A stretch of 40,390 bases of DNA from Craspedostauros australis. Its lineage: Eukaryota. Under the pieces are notes generated by a model. That model was not told the origin of the DNA. It made no database searches and saw only the letters and a program-made list of their open reading frames with translations. The stretch covers positions 1 through 40,390 of the forward strand of contig JALAGF010000708.1 in NCBI GenBank assembly GCA_030167865.1, given 5' to 3'. The translations under genes and the position numbers were made by a program. Shown in pieces: positions 1 through 10,040 of the stretch (position 1 is the stretch's first letter; each line of letters opens with the position of its first letter).

Positions 1-96
1 TGACCGGAATGACGGAGCCTTGCCAGTGGAGTTGCTGACTGCGAGATGACGAACCTTCGGATCTGCTGGCATTCTGTTGTTGCTTCGCACGGTCAT
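1..96 (-). CDS. Possible N-terminus of a gene running off the left edge (hypothetical)
   Basis: ATG at 96 opens a frame (MTVRSNNRMPADPKVRHLAVSNSTGKAPSFRS) with no stop to position 1. Two TGACGT boxes lie upstream at about 160 and 180. No homology recognised. Confidence 0.3.
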   Translation of the reverse strand, partial: MTVRSNNRMPADPKVRHLAVSNSTGKAPSFRS

Positions 97-1303
97 CACG
101 TTGTCTTGTGGAGGAAGAGTCACACGATGTCTCTTCCTCTGTTGTGACTCGTTTTGCATGACGTGGAATCCGTCCCCTGTGACGTAGAAGACGGATCAGC
201 GAGAGTAAACACGAAATAGCTCTAAATGTACAATCGCCGTTTCTCCCAAAAGCAAGCAAACCAGTGGCAACAAGGGGCCAAAACTCTACAACTAGCGTTA
301 TCGTGACCCAGTTTACGGTTTGGCGCAGGTCGTATGTCCTCCGCTTGTGCATCAAGAGAAACAAGAGGATGACAAGGACTGGTTCGTTGCACACATCATC
401 ATTTTCTCCCCCGTTTGACATTTTTTGTGACCTCGTCATTGCTTGTTTTGTCGAAACCATGTTGTTTAACCTCTACATAACGTCCCACGTATCGATTGAC
501 TCACATGAGCCATCGTTACTTATTGTTTTTCTGTATCATTCACGAGTTGGAGATGGACAGATTCACGCAAATTTGTCGGCATTTTGCTCTGTGTCGCAGA
601 AATTTGGAATTTCGGATGTCACCCTGCCTGATGGCGTCGGTTGCAACGTCGCACCCCGTGTCATCTGTCGCCCAACCACGATCGTTCTCTTGCTTCTGCG
701 CCTTCTGTCGCAGGGCGTTCTTCGTCTTCTTCCTCTTGTCGCCTCTCTTCAACACACGCACATCAGTGTCTTCGTCTTTGCCTCCCTCGTGCTTTGTCTT
801 GGTGTTTGAATTGGTGGTACCCACACATTAGCATCAACAACGACACGAACATCAGAAACGACAGCCGGCAGCTGAAGTGCAGAGGGCGTCACACAACGAG
901 CACCATTCATTATCAGCATTGAACAATCGTTCCTGCAAGAATCACAAACACATCCACACCACCATCAACCATACTCCAAAGTTAAGCCGAGTGGTCAAAG
1001 AGTTGGCTGCAGCAAAGACGACGCACGGGCAACGCAAAGACGGAGCAAGCAGAGCGATCTCTTGGGCTTGGCAGGGTCGGTAACCTCTTTCCACTGCCAC
1101 TCTTTACACTGACACGAATAGTGCGCCCCATTTCGTGCTCGCACAGGGGTCAGTGGCGGTACCAGAGGCAGTAGCAACAACAGCCCTTCGCCTCCCGCCG
1201 CTTCCTTCCATTTTCATCGCGTTCCGTGCACTACTGCTCGCTGCCAAAGACGAAGACGAAAGACATATCCAAGGCAAGGAGCCCATCTCGCCATCTTACC
1301 GCC

Positions 1304-1330
1304 CTGCACTGCACTGCACTGCACTGCACT
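1304..1330. repeat. (CTGCA)5 pentanucleotide microsatellite upstream of the P450
   Basis: ctgcactgcactgcactgcactgcact read directly. Confidence 0.9.
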
Positions 1331-1399
1331 TGACAAGTACCCGCACATAAAGTCGAGGACTCCACACGAGGAACCAGACACGCAAGCAACCCAAGACGA

Positions 1400-3328
1400 A
1401 TGATGAAGAAGGTGCGTCAGGTCTTGTGCCAGCTCTTTCGACGAGGCAAGTGCCTCGCTGATACCGCCACCACCGCGACCGCTGCTGATGGTGACGGCGA
1501 TGAGGGCAGAACCGATCAGAGGAGCACCGCGGCTCCTCCCGCTGCAGCTGACGCACGGCATCCAGAATCCACAAGTGGGTTGCCTATGGCGGACGACCTG
1601 CGCGATATCATTCGCGCCAGCGTCGCTGATGGTGTGCAGATCCTCAAGCAGGCACCCGACACCTGCCGAGCTGCAATGCAAACCCACCTGCCGCAGCTCG
1701 AGCAGTTGGACCAGCAGTCACTGCATCTGGTAGCGGCAGTTGGAGCTTCAGCTGCCATCCTTCTTGTCGCTGTCATCATCTCCGTGTGCAGATGGATCGC
1801 GTCCAAGCTCCGCGATCGACGGCGCCTGCGCTCATTCGGCAAGTACTCGATGCCACCCGTGTTGCGAGAGTCGAAGGCGACCATTCTTCGGGCGCTTGCG
1901 AACGTGGATGATGTCTGCCCTTTCATGACGGAGGCCGCGGAAAAGCATGGGCCGATCTTCCAGCTGGACTTGCCTGGGTTTTCCAAGCCGTCGTCATCCT
2001 CGTCCACATTCTCCAAGGTCATTGTGGTCGGCGACACTAAAGCAGCGCAGGCCATCCTCAGAGATCCCAAGACTGTCAAAAACCTCGATGCCTACCAGGC
2101 CATGGCCAACCTTTCCGCGGGATCTCTCAACATGTGCTCCTCCAACGGACCACACTGGAAGACATCCCGATCCGCCCTCACCGCATCATTCCAGCACAAC
2201 TCCATGAAGCGGTTGCAAAAAGTCTGCAAGGAATGCACGGAACGCTGGATCAAGGAGCGCCTGGACAAGTTCGCTCAGGATGGCAAGCAATCCATCGACC
2301 TCTCGCAGGAAATGGTCTACCTCACCTTCTCGATCCTTTGCCGGGCCATGTTCGAATACCCCGTCCAAGCGAAGGAGGCCAACCTCATCATCCCGGAATT
2401 GGGCACCGCCACATCGGCCTTCGGTCTCGAGGCCGATGTCTTCCGTGGTCAGAGCGAGATCTCATTGCGGGACTCCTGGTTCGATCCGAAACTGCGTCGC
2501 GCGCATGAGGCAGTCCAGGTCATCAACAAGTTCGCCCACCACGTCCTCAACGAATATCGCAACAAGAAGAACCACGTCGGCACAACTCCAGGGAGTCAGA
2601 GCTGGGCTCCCCTGCGACGAGATAGCCCGACGCAGAAGAGGAACCTCAAGAATGCCGAGTCTGTCATCCAGTACATCAGCGAGAACGACGATTACGAAGA
2701 CGACCAGCACCGCATCTCGGACATTGCCATGATCATACTGTCGGGCTTGGAGTCCACGTCGCACTCCCTGTCATGGATCATCTACGAGATCGTGAACAAC
2801 GACAGCGAGCTTCAGAAGATGCGCAAGGCATTGAACAGCCACGACGTGGCGCTGGCTCATGAGATGCTCAAGGACATCGTGCGCGAGGGCATGCGATTGC
2901 ATCCCATCAACAACATGATCGGGTCCAGGATCGCGGGGAAGGACTTCTTCCTGGACGACACCTCCCTCGTCATCCCGGAGGGATCGACAGTCGTCTTCCC
3001 AACGGCCTTGTTCACCAGATTCAACATGAAGGACGCGGACAAGTTCCAACCATCTCGATGGCAGACCACGAAGGATGACGACGCACCGCAGCACTACCTG
3101 CTCTTCTCCCTGGGCAGCCACAGCTGCGCCGGGCAAAGCATCGCCTTGGCGGAAATCGCGTGGGTGCTCTCCCGCGTCTGCTCTCAGTACAACTTCCAGA
3201 TCACGCGTGACGACACGCAAAAGGGAGCCACCATGAAATGCGTCGGCGTGCACATGAAGGTGCAGAACATCGGCCAGGAGGCCGGCAGCCGATTCACATC
3301 CAATCCGCAAGGCGGATCCTTCGAATGA
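1400..3328 (+). CDS. Cytochrome P450, intronless, membrane anchored
   Basis: Heme motif FSLGSHSCAG, K-helix EGMR (ExxR), PERF-like FQPSRW, I-helix SGLESTS, C-helix WKTSR, and a hydrophobic anchor LVAAVGASAAILLVAVIISVC followed by basic residues and PP. The true start may be a later Met (1547 or 1676). Confidence 0.92.
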   Translation: MMKKVRQVLCQLFRRGKCLADTATTATAADGDGDEGRTDQRSTAAPPAAADARHPESTSGLPMADDLRDIIRASVADGVQILKQAPDTCRAAMQTHLPQLEQLDQQSLHLVAAVGASAAILLVAVIISVCRWIASKLRDRRRLRSFGKYSMPPVLRESKATILRALANVDDVCPFMTEAAEKHGPIFQLDLPGFSKPSSSSSTFSKVIVVGDTKAAQAILRDPKTVKNLDAYQAMANLSAGSLNMCSSNGPHWKTSRSALTASFQHNSMKRLQKVCKECTERWIKERLDKFAQDGKQSIDLSQEMVYLTFSILCRAMFEYPVQAKEANLIIPELGTATSAFGLEADVFRGQSEISLRDSWFDPKLRRAHEAVQVINKFAHHVLNEYRNKKNHVGTTPGSQSWAPLRRDSPTQKRNLKNAESVIQYISENDDYEDDQHRISDIAMIILSGLESTSHSLSWIIYEIVNNDSELQKMRKALNSHDVALAHEMLKDIVREGMRLHPINNMIGSRIAGKDFFLDDTSLVIPEGSTVVFPTALFTRFNMKDADKFQPSRWQTTKDDDAPQHYLLFSLGSHSCAGQSIALAEIAWVLSRVCSQYNFQITRDDTQKGATMKCVGVHMKVQNIGQEAGSRFTSNPQGGSFE

Positions 3329-4154
3329 GCGTAGCAAGGCCAGGACTCGAGTGAAATGCTCTAGTGCTATCCGCCTCGGGGAAGGGTGATGGGACGTGAC
3401 GCGTAATGCAGCACGGCGCTTCTCAGAAAGCCGATTTACTGCTTCGAGCATCGAGGGTGGATACCGAATGCAACGTTACTCGACAGTGTGCCCAGTGAAC
3501 CCCACCATACTCTTATTCAAAACGAATTAGGCTTTCTCCATCCTGTCTTTGTGGTGTCATCGACGATCCATGAATGCGTCCTTGCCTTTGAAACCGACTG
3601 ATGCAGGTCGTACGAATACACCATAATTCCAGAAATGGCCGTGCATGACGATGGTGCGGACCATGGTCGGCACCATGGTTCTGCGTGGAAGGCTATCTCT
3701 ACTTTCGAGGTGCAGACGCCCGATTGGCATCAACTTTTGCTTGTCTGTTGTATCAATCAACGGAAAGACGCACAGACGCTGACACCAACAAACGTCAAGG
3801 CTTCAAAAGATGCGGCCGAAAGAAGTGGTGTTCGCGTTGTCAGCACAACGAGAGGAGAACGCAATTGAGCAACACCCAAAACAGATCTGACATGGTGTCA
3901 AATGGCCCCCTCCTTCCTGACACTGCCATCCACTCACAATCACAACAACAATCACAGTCGCTCCATCAGAACAGGCACAGCACTGGTCATACCCAAAGGT
4001 ACCCACCATACACCTCTTCTCGCAAACCAACAATTGACGTCGAGAAGATTATGCTTTAACAAGTGTTGGCAACAGAAAGCAAACAAACACACAAACGCAC
4101 CAATCCACAAACCAACCAAACGAAAAACGAGCGAAAACAACGCAAACGACGAAG

Positions 4155-5261
4155 ATGCCAGATCAACTTTGGTTCGACATCTGGACCGTCAATCCTTTGG
4201 ATCTGAGCATCAATGATCTGCGCCAAGTTCTCTATCAATGGAACCGGAGCACATTAGGGGCATCATCGGCGCTGCGCAAGAGATTCGTGGAAGAACGTGA
4301 GAAGCGACGTGTGGCGGAAGGCCGACCCAAGCAGGAAGGTCTGGAATTTGATCCACATGCGAAGCCCGAGGAGAGGCTCAAGGCTCTCCGATCACGGTGT
4401 CCCCAGAAGGTGTGGGATCGGATCGAAAGGGCAAGGCAGCAACGGCTATTCTTGGTGGAATGTGGCGATATCCCGGATCCCGAATCTTCGGTTGCTGCGG
4501 CCGCAAGGCAGAAGACAGACGATGGCAACAACGACGATGATGGCGACGGCAACGACGACGGCGATAGCAACGCCGGTGATGACAGCGACAATGAACCTGA
4601 CGGCTTGTACTGCCAATTTGTGGTTCTGGGATCCACGGGAAACGTGTACAACGTCGACATCGAGCGAATTCCAACCTGCACGTGCCCAGATCATGCAAAG
4701 AACAACGATTTGTGCAAGCACATCCTCTTCGTGCTGTTGAAGGTCATGGGTGTCAGTCACAAGTGCCGCCTCATTTATCAGCAGGCGTGGACCAGTGGTG
4801 AACTCAAGAAGATGTTCGCAGACTTTCGCAAGCGTTGGAACACCGTGCGAGGCAATGGCGTCATGGCAAAGGGCACAGTTCAGACCGCGTACGCGCAACT
4901 GAAGGACGGATCCAAAAAGCGAGAGCAAGTGGAAGGGATGGAATGCCGTCAACAGGACATTAATGAAGCCGATGATTGTCCTATCTGCTTCGACCCTCTT
5001 TCAACTGGAGGCCAGTGCACATTCTGCAAGGCCCAGTGTGGTGCCAACTTTCATGAAGATTGCATCCGCAGTTGGCTGCAGTCACAGGCACAGGATAGTC
5101 AGAAGTGCCCATTGTGCCGTGTGGATTGGGAAGGCGATGGTGTAAGCAACAAGAGATCCAGGATGGACGAAGGCTACACGAACCTTGGGGACCTCCAAGG
5201 CCAATCGAAGGACCGAGATACAAGCACATACAGAAACTATGATTTCTGGAAGAATTTCTGA
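4155..5261 (+). CDS. SWIM zinc finger + RING finger protein (ZSWIM2/MEKK1-N-terminal-like putative E3 ligase) with SAP-like N-terminus
   Basis: FVVLGSTGNVYNV...CTCPDHAKNNDLCKH (SWIM CxCxnCxH). CPICFD...CTFCKAQCGANFHEDC...W...CPLC (RING). N-terminal LSINDLRQVLYQWNRSTLGASSALRKRF resembles SAP. Confidence 0.85.
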   Translation: MPDQLWFDIWTVNPLDLSINDLRQVLYQWNRSTLGASSALRKRFVEEREKRRVAEGRPKQEGLEFDPHAKPEERLKALRSRCPQKVWDRIERARQQRLFLVECGDIPDPESSVAAAARQKTDDGNNDDDGDGNDDGDSNAGDDSDNEPDGLYCQFVVLGSTGNVYNVDIERIPTCTCPDHAKNNDLCKHILFVLLKVMGVSHKCRLIYQQAWTSGELKKMFADFRKRWNTVRGNGVMAKGTVQTAYAQLKDGSKKREQVEGMECRQQDINEADDCPICFDPLSTGGQCTFCKAQCGANFHEDCIRSWLQSQAQDSQKCPLCRVDWEGDGVSNKRSRMDEGYTNLGDLQGQSKDRDTSTYRNYDFWKNF

Positions 5262-5819
5262 TGGACGGAACAACCTCCATAGATTGTGCCAACACGAACA
5301 CACAAACATACTTGTACTCAAAAGCGCACGGTAGGCATTAGCATCATACTTTATTCCACACAGCTCTATCTCTTGTGTCCTAGTTTAGGTGTGCGTTTGG
5401 ATTGTACCCTGATCCAACATGAACCATGAAATGGTCAATTCAGGAGTGAAAAGCTCGATGAGAAACAAGAACGAGGATGCAGGACAGCACTGGGTACCAT
5501 AGACAAGGTACCAGGGAAGAATGACAGTATTGTGAGACAGCTACTGGCTGCCAACCAAACACAGGCCAACCCCAACCGAAACACAAACACAACAACCACA
5601 GACAACAACAGAAACCCACAGACGACAACAAGCAACAGCAGGGAGATCCATCACCACAAAGTTGCCACTTCTATTCACCTTCTTCGACTTGTGGACGGCA
5701 TATCCATACTCGTAGACAAAGCACCGCTATACCTCCTGCTCCGCAACAAGAGATCCAAAGTGATAGAGAAAGCCAAAGCCAAAGCAAAGCAAGGCGATCC
5801 CCCTCAATACACATACACA

Positions 5820-6281
5820 ATGAGCGACGACGAAGACCCAATCGGTGCCGACAAGGGCTTTGACAATTCCGGCGGCGTCTTCGGAGGAGGCAAGGATGAG
5901 GAGGTGGACGACGCCGACATGGCAGAACGTCCCGAGGATGAGGTCGGCGCCGGAGACGATGATGCCCTCGACGTGACGGGAGAACGCGACGATGCCATGG
6001 GGGGCGGCGAGGGAGATGCGGTCGTGTCGGCAGGAACCGCATCGTCCGAACGCATCACGACGCGGTATCTCACGAAATACGAAAAGGCACGCGTGCTGGG
6101 AACCCGGGCGTTGCAAATCAGCATGAACGCTCCCGTCATGGTGGATCTGGACGGAGAGACGGATCCGCTTCGGATCGCCGAGAAGGAACTGAGAGAACGA
6201 AAAATACCGATCATCATCCGAAGGTACTTGCCGGATGGGAGTCACGAAGATTGGAGCATCGATGAGCTCATCGTGGATTAG
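5820..6281 (+). CDS. RPB6: DNA-directed RNA polymerases I, II and III subunit RPABC2 (RPB6)
   Basis: Acidic N-terminus from MSDDEDP (ATG 5820), then conserved [29 protein letters not shown]...[10 protein letters not shown]...[17 protein letters not shown]. Confidence 0.97.
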   Translation: MSDDEDPIGADKGFDNSGGVFGGGKDEEVDDADMAERPEDEVGAGDDDALDVTGERDDAMGGGEGDAVVSAGTASSERITTRYLTKYEKARVLGTRALQISMNAPVMVDLDGETDPLRIAEKELRERKIPIIIRRYLPDGSHEDWSIDELIVD

Positions 6282-6766
6282 AGGAAGGACAAGTACTCGC
6301 AGAGTGATCAATCTGTTCAGCACGAGCAAGAATGGCGCCTTCCAAATGGTGATGGCTGCAACCATGATGATGATGATGAAACAGCACACTTGAGCACCAG
6401 AGCTCCGAAGCAACAAGAAATGAATAGAAACCTCACCAAAAAGGACCAGATCGAACCGAACTGATTCATCCTCTGAAGTCAACACCATTTGTTGTGGACT
6501 TGTCTGGCTGCAGTCGATACCAAACAATAATAATACATGTACTCCTATCCAGTGGGTATATTCAATGCAGACGTACTATTGCCTGCTGTTCTAGTTCATC
6601 GTTCCATCTATCCGTTGAAGTCGCTTCAATTCAAGAGCCACCAGTACGTGTAGTGTTTGACTTTCTTTGAGTTCTGAGAACTCATTCCAATAGTCTACTC
6701 TGTGGCGTTCGGCCCAACAGTCCTCGAGTACTGCTGAAGTGGGGAGCGCCCTCACATCTCATGGAA

Positions 6767-8485
6767 TCAACCTTGCTTTGGCCGAAGCAGAACCGTCCCG
6801 AACATCTTCAGGATGCCTCTCTGTTCAAAGTCCTGAAATCGCGTGTTAACATCCTGGATCAGAAGGAAAGTGACATCAGATTCCCCATCCTGACGAACAA
6901 CGGCAACGATCTCCATCGTGTCCTTCGCCTGGCCTTCCGCAAGCAGCTTGGATGGCGAATCACGCTTGTCGTAGAATTTGAATTCTGGAGTCGGCTTGTT
7001 GCCTCCAACTTGAACGACCTCCAAGAAAAAGCGCTGGTCCATCTTGGGGACGCGTTTGGCATCGCCTTTGGCTTTGGACTTCATCTTCATTTGACGCACC
7101 TTTTCCAACGTCGCGAGTTGCTTGGCTGTTTGCTTTGTCTTCTTAGCTCTGCCCTTGATCTTGGCGAGGGTAGCTGCAAGCGTGCCGTCATCTACAATGA
7201 TTGATGTGCCTTCGGGTGAAGCAGTTACTTTGTCTGTCATCGTAGCATCGCTGTCGTCTTTGGCGTCGTTGGCACTTGTTGTTTGCGCCGATATCGTTGT
7301 TGTCGGTTGCGGCTTGGCGCCCGATGAGTCTGCATCTCCCAGCATCTTCACATCATCCGTTACTCCCTTCTGCTGAAATGCCGGAGTGTATTCCTGACTG
7401 GCAGGGAACCACCGAACTATGATCGTATTCACCGTATCCTGTCGCAACGCCCCTATCTCTATCGCCTCGTATATCCGCATGGGCCCAGACAGCCTTTCAT
7501 ACGCCACATCATCTCCAATATCACTGTGGCTATCGTCGCCACCATCATCATCATTTTCGCCTGCTTGCGACACCACCAAGACTTCCACCCGCTCCCTGAG
7601 TTCCTTCCCAAAGGTCTCCGTGATGCGCGCAAAGGAATCTTGCGGTGAAAAGTACTTGTACTGTTGCGATGCCTCACCATGATGATCCAGCACGCAGCGA
7701 AAGTACCGACGATCCTGCATCTTTAACCGCTGATCTCCCGTAGCGCGTGATTTGATGAGCATGTTGCGGACCTGAACCGTGACGTTGGCATTCTTGACGT
7801 TTTGCGCTTGGTCCAGCTTGGCGATCTTGGCATCGAGCTTGCGAAAGCGTTCCGCGAGGCGCTTGCGGTCTTGTTCGGCGCGTGCGTTCGCGTTGGGTTG
7901 TGAGATGCCGTTTCCATTGTCTGCAGTCTGAGTGGCACTGTCTTCGTATTCGAATCGCTGCGTCACGGAATGCAATACCTGAGATGGCAACGCTGTATTG
8001 CTCATGTTGTTCAGTTTGACACCCTGCGATGCTTCCCCCCTTGACGCTGTCTGTTGCTGCTGCTGCTGTTGTTGCAAAGGCGCATTCGGTCCGGCGTTGT
8101 ACTGGTAGTCATCGTACTCCACTGAGAATGCTTTGGAGGGATCAGCATCCTTCGGAAGCGCAAGCCATCGCCCGGATGGGAACAATCCAGCATCAAACAG
8201 CGTGATGCTCTTGGGTCCCTTCTCGTGCGGGTACTTCACGGTTGGCCAATCCGAAATATCCTTCGCAGGATTCAACGTGCAATCCCACAGACGGAATGAT
8301 CGCTCGGCCGTGTCCTCACTGCTATTCCTGCTGCTGTCATGAAAGAGCCGCCACAGTGCGGAGCAGCTCTCGGCGACTTCCCGAACGGTGGTGTCCGAAC
8401 TGAACTCTTGGACGAAGGATGCATCCTTGCTGTTGCGGGGCAGCAACTCCGTAGCCACATCGATCCGTATCCGACACGAGCCCAT
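6767..8485 (-). CDS. Uncharacterised 572-aa protein: N-terminal UBX/ubiquitin-like domain plus two ZFAND1/Cuz1-type ubiquitin-like domains
   Basis: Long intronless ORF. FSSDTTVREV and TLFDAGLFPSG resemble UBX. Duplicated motif MLIKSRATGDQRLKMQDRRYF / MKMKSKAKGDAKRVPKMDQRFFL resembles the ZFAND1 UBL lead-in. The domain calls are inference. Confidence 0.7.
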   Translation of the reverse strand: MGSCRIRIDVATELLPRNSKDASFVQEFSSDTTVREVAESCSALWRLFHDSSRNSSEDTAERSFRLWDCTLNPAKDISDWPTVKYPHEKGPKSITLFDAGLFPSGRWLALPKDADPSKAFSVEYDDYQYNAGPNAPLQQQQQQQQTASRGEASQGVKLNNMSNTALPSQVLHSVTQRFEYEDSATQTADNGNGISQPNANARAEQDRKRLAERFRKLDAKIAKLDQAQNVKNANVTVQVRNMLIKSRATGDQRLKMQDRRYFRCVLDHHGEASQQYKYFSPQDSFARITETFGKELRERVEVLVVSQAGENDDDGGDDSHSDIGDDVAYERLSGPMRIYEAIEIGALRQDTVNTIIVRWFPASQEYTPAFQQKGVTDDVKMLGDADSSGAKPQPTTTISAQTTSANDAKDDSDATMTDKVTASPEGTSIIVDDGTLAATLAKIKGRAKKTKQTAKQLATLEKVRQMKMKSKAKGDAKRVPKMDQRFFLEVVQVGGNKPTPEFKFYDKRDSPSKLLAEGQAKDTMEIVAVVRQDGESDVTFLLIQDVNTRFQDFEQRGILKMFGTVLLRPKQG

Positions 8486-8955
8486 GCTTTGTCAATTGTC
8501 TTATGAGTCGAGCTATTATACGTAGGACTGTGTTTTATGAGAGTGAAAGGACGCATGGAGTGATTCCAACTGCAACACCTTTGGTGTATGAGTTGGCGCG
8601 AGCTACGACTATGGCATGAAGTGGTGAGGCACAGGATGTTTCCGAAGTCACAAGTATGACACACAAGAGACAGCAGATTCGATCCTTGTTGACGCGAAGG
8701 TCAATATGACACAAACATTTAATTTGCCGCAACTCCCGAAACTAAACGGCTTCTGCTGACACTTCTGTTTTCTCCAATTCGGCATGGTCTTCTGTGTCCA
8801 CAACAGTCGCATTCGCACCTGCGCAGACTCGCAATCACAAAGAGAGACCCATTCGGCAATCTCCTTTCAGGCAAGACTTTCATCTGTTTCCTCTCAACCC
8901 TCATTCTCGCTTCATCCTCACAATTCACAATTCACAATCCTCACTCATCGCGATC

Positions 8956-9711
8956 ATGCCCATCGCAACGAAAGAAACCCGCGCACAGTGCGAATTCGGT
9001 CTGCGCAACTTCGTGAATCTGTTCCTGGACATGTGGCTGTTCCAGAGCAATCGCAAGTTCGCGCCTGCCTGTCGCGGTGCCCGGCAAATCCGCAAGGGCA
9101 TGCTCATTGAGACTGGCGTGGGCGACATCGTGGTGGAGATCACCACGATCGACAAAGATGCCGGATTGCTGGAGTATGCCATGGTCACGGATCTCGACAG
9201 GCTTGCCGAATTCAACAGCGGCCACGATTTCGGTCCCACCAAGTTGAAGCATTATCGTGGAACGGTCAACATCACGGAGGCGCCGCAGGAGGAGGATGGT
9301 GAGAATGGGGCAGGTGACAACGCCAAGTTGAACAACTACCTGGTGCATTGGACGATCGACTTCAAGCTGAAGCTCATGGTCACGCTGCCGACATTCGGAC
9401 TGGGCGCGTTGGCGTTTCAGGATCTGCAGAAGGAGTACATGAAGAGCACGCTGAAGCTCTTGAAACGAACAGGGCCCACGATGAAGAAGGAGATGCTGCG
9501 CAGTTCCAACAGCACTTCTGAGAATGAGCGTTCTGGGAATCGAAGGCCAGGGAATGGAAGATCTGGTAGAGGCAGGTCCAGGAATGCCGGATCGGAGAAC
9601 GCTGCCGGTGCCGCTGACGATGGTGATGGGAGTGCTCCACCTCCAGCGGATGCCAATGCCGAATCTATGGCTCGTGCGAACGACGTCGCTGCGACCGCTA
9701 CGATTGTGTAA
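8956..9711 (+). CDS. SRPBCC/polyketide cyclase (Bet v1/START-like) domain protein with low-complexity RG/Ala-rich tail
   Basis: First ATG at 8956 (MPIATKE). Beta-strand pattern VEITTIDKDAGLLEYAMV...HYRGTVNITE...YLVHWTIDF followed by a long C-terminal helix, as in Polyketide_cyc2. Confidence 0.6.
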   Translation: MPIATKETRAQCEFGLRNFVNLFLDMWLFQSNRKFAPACRGARQIRKGMLIETGVGDIVVEITTIDKDAGLLEYAMVTDLDRLAEFNSGHDFGPTKLKHYRGTVNITEAPQEEDGENGAGDNAKLNNYLVHWTIDFKLKLMVTLPTFGLGALAFQDLQKEYMKSTLKLLKRTGPTMKKEMLRSSNSTSENERSGNRRPGNGRSGRGRSRNAGSENAAGAADDGDGSAPPPADANAESMARANDVAATATIV

Positions 9712-10040
9712 ACTGTGCTACTCTATTAGTATTTGCCTTCATTGGCAAGACTATCAGTACGGCAGGAATGCATCACGCAGAAGCCTAATCTCTCTCTCTC
9801 TCTCTGGAGGGAATAATACCAGACTCTGACGCTTGCACAATTTGATCCTTCCGCAAACGCAGCCGCGTGGACGATTGAATGATAACGTCGATTTGAGACT
9901 GTTTGCGTTCTAGGATGATTGTAGAGCAGGACGATTGCATTTGTGGATCAGTACCTGTGTACCCGGCTTTCTTTTCTCCGTCTCCCTCTCTCCCACTGTT
10001 TACTCCACTGGAGTGCGTTGAAATTGATTCCAAGACAAGT

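Noticed and set aside
264..1350. Several overlapping 60-181 aa ORFs upstream of the P450
   Set aside because: Mostly non-ATG starts, low-complexity UTR/promoter-like composition and no recognisable domains.
4640..4750. SWIM finger as a sign of a MULE/Mutator transposase
   Set aside because: No DDE domain, terminal inverted repeats or target-site duplication. The SWIM is paired with a RING as in host ZSWIM2-like genes.
5532..5819. 96-aa N-terminal extension of RPB6 in the ORF track
   Set aside because: GTG start and CAA-rich 5'UTR-like composition. The first ATG at 5820 gives a normal RPB6.
1400..9711. P450 plus polyketide-cyclase-like gene as a possible biosynthetic gene cluster
   Set aside because: They are separated by housekeeping and ubiquitin-related genes, and the window has no PKS, NRPS or terpene synthase.
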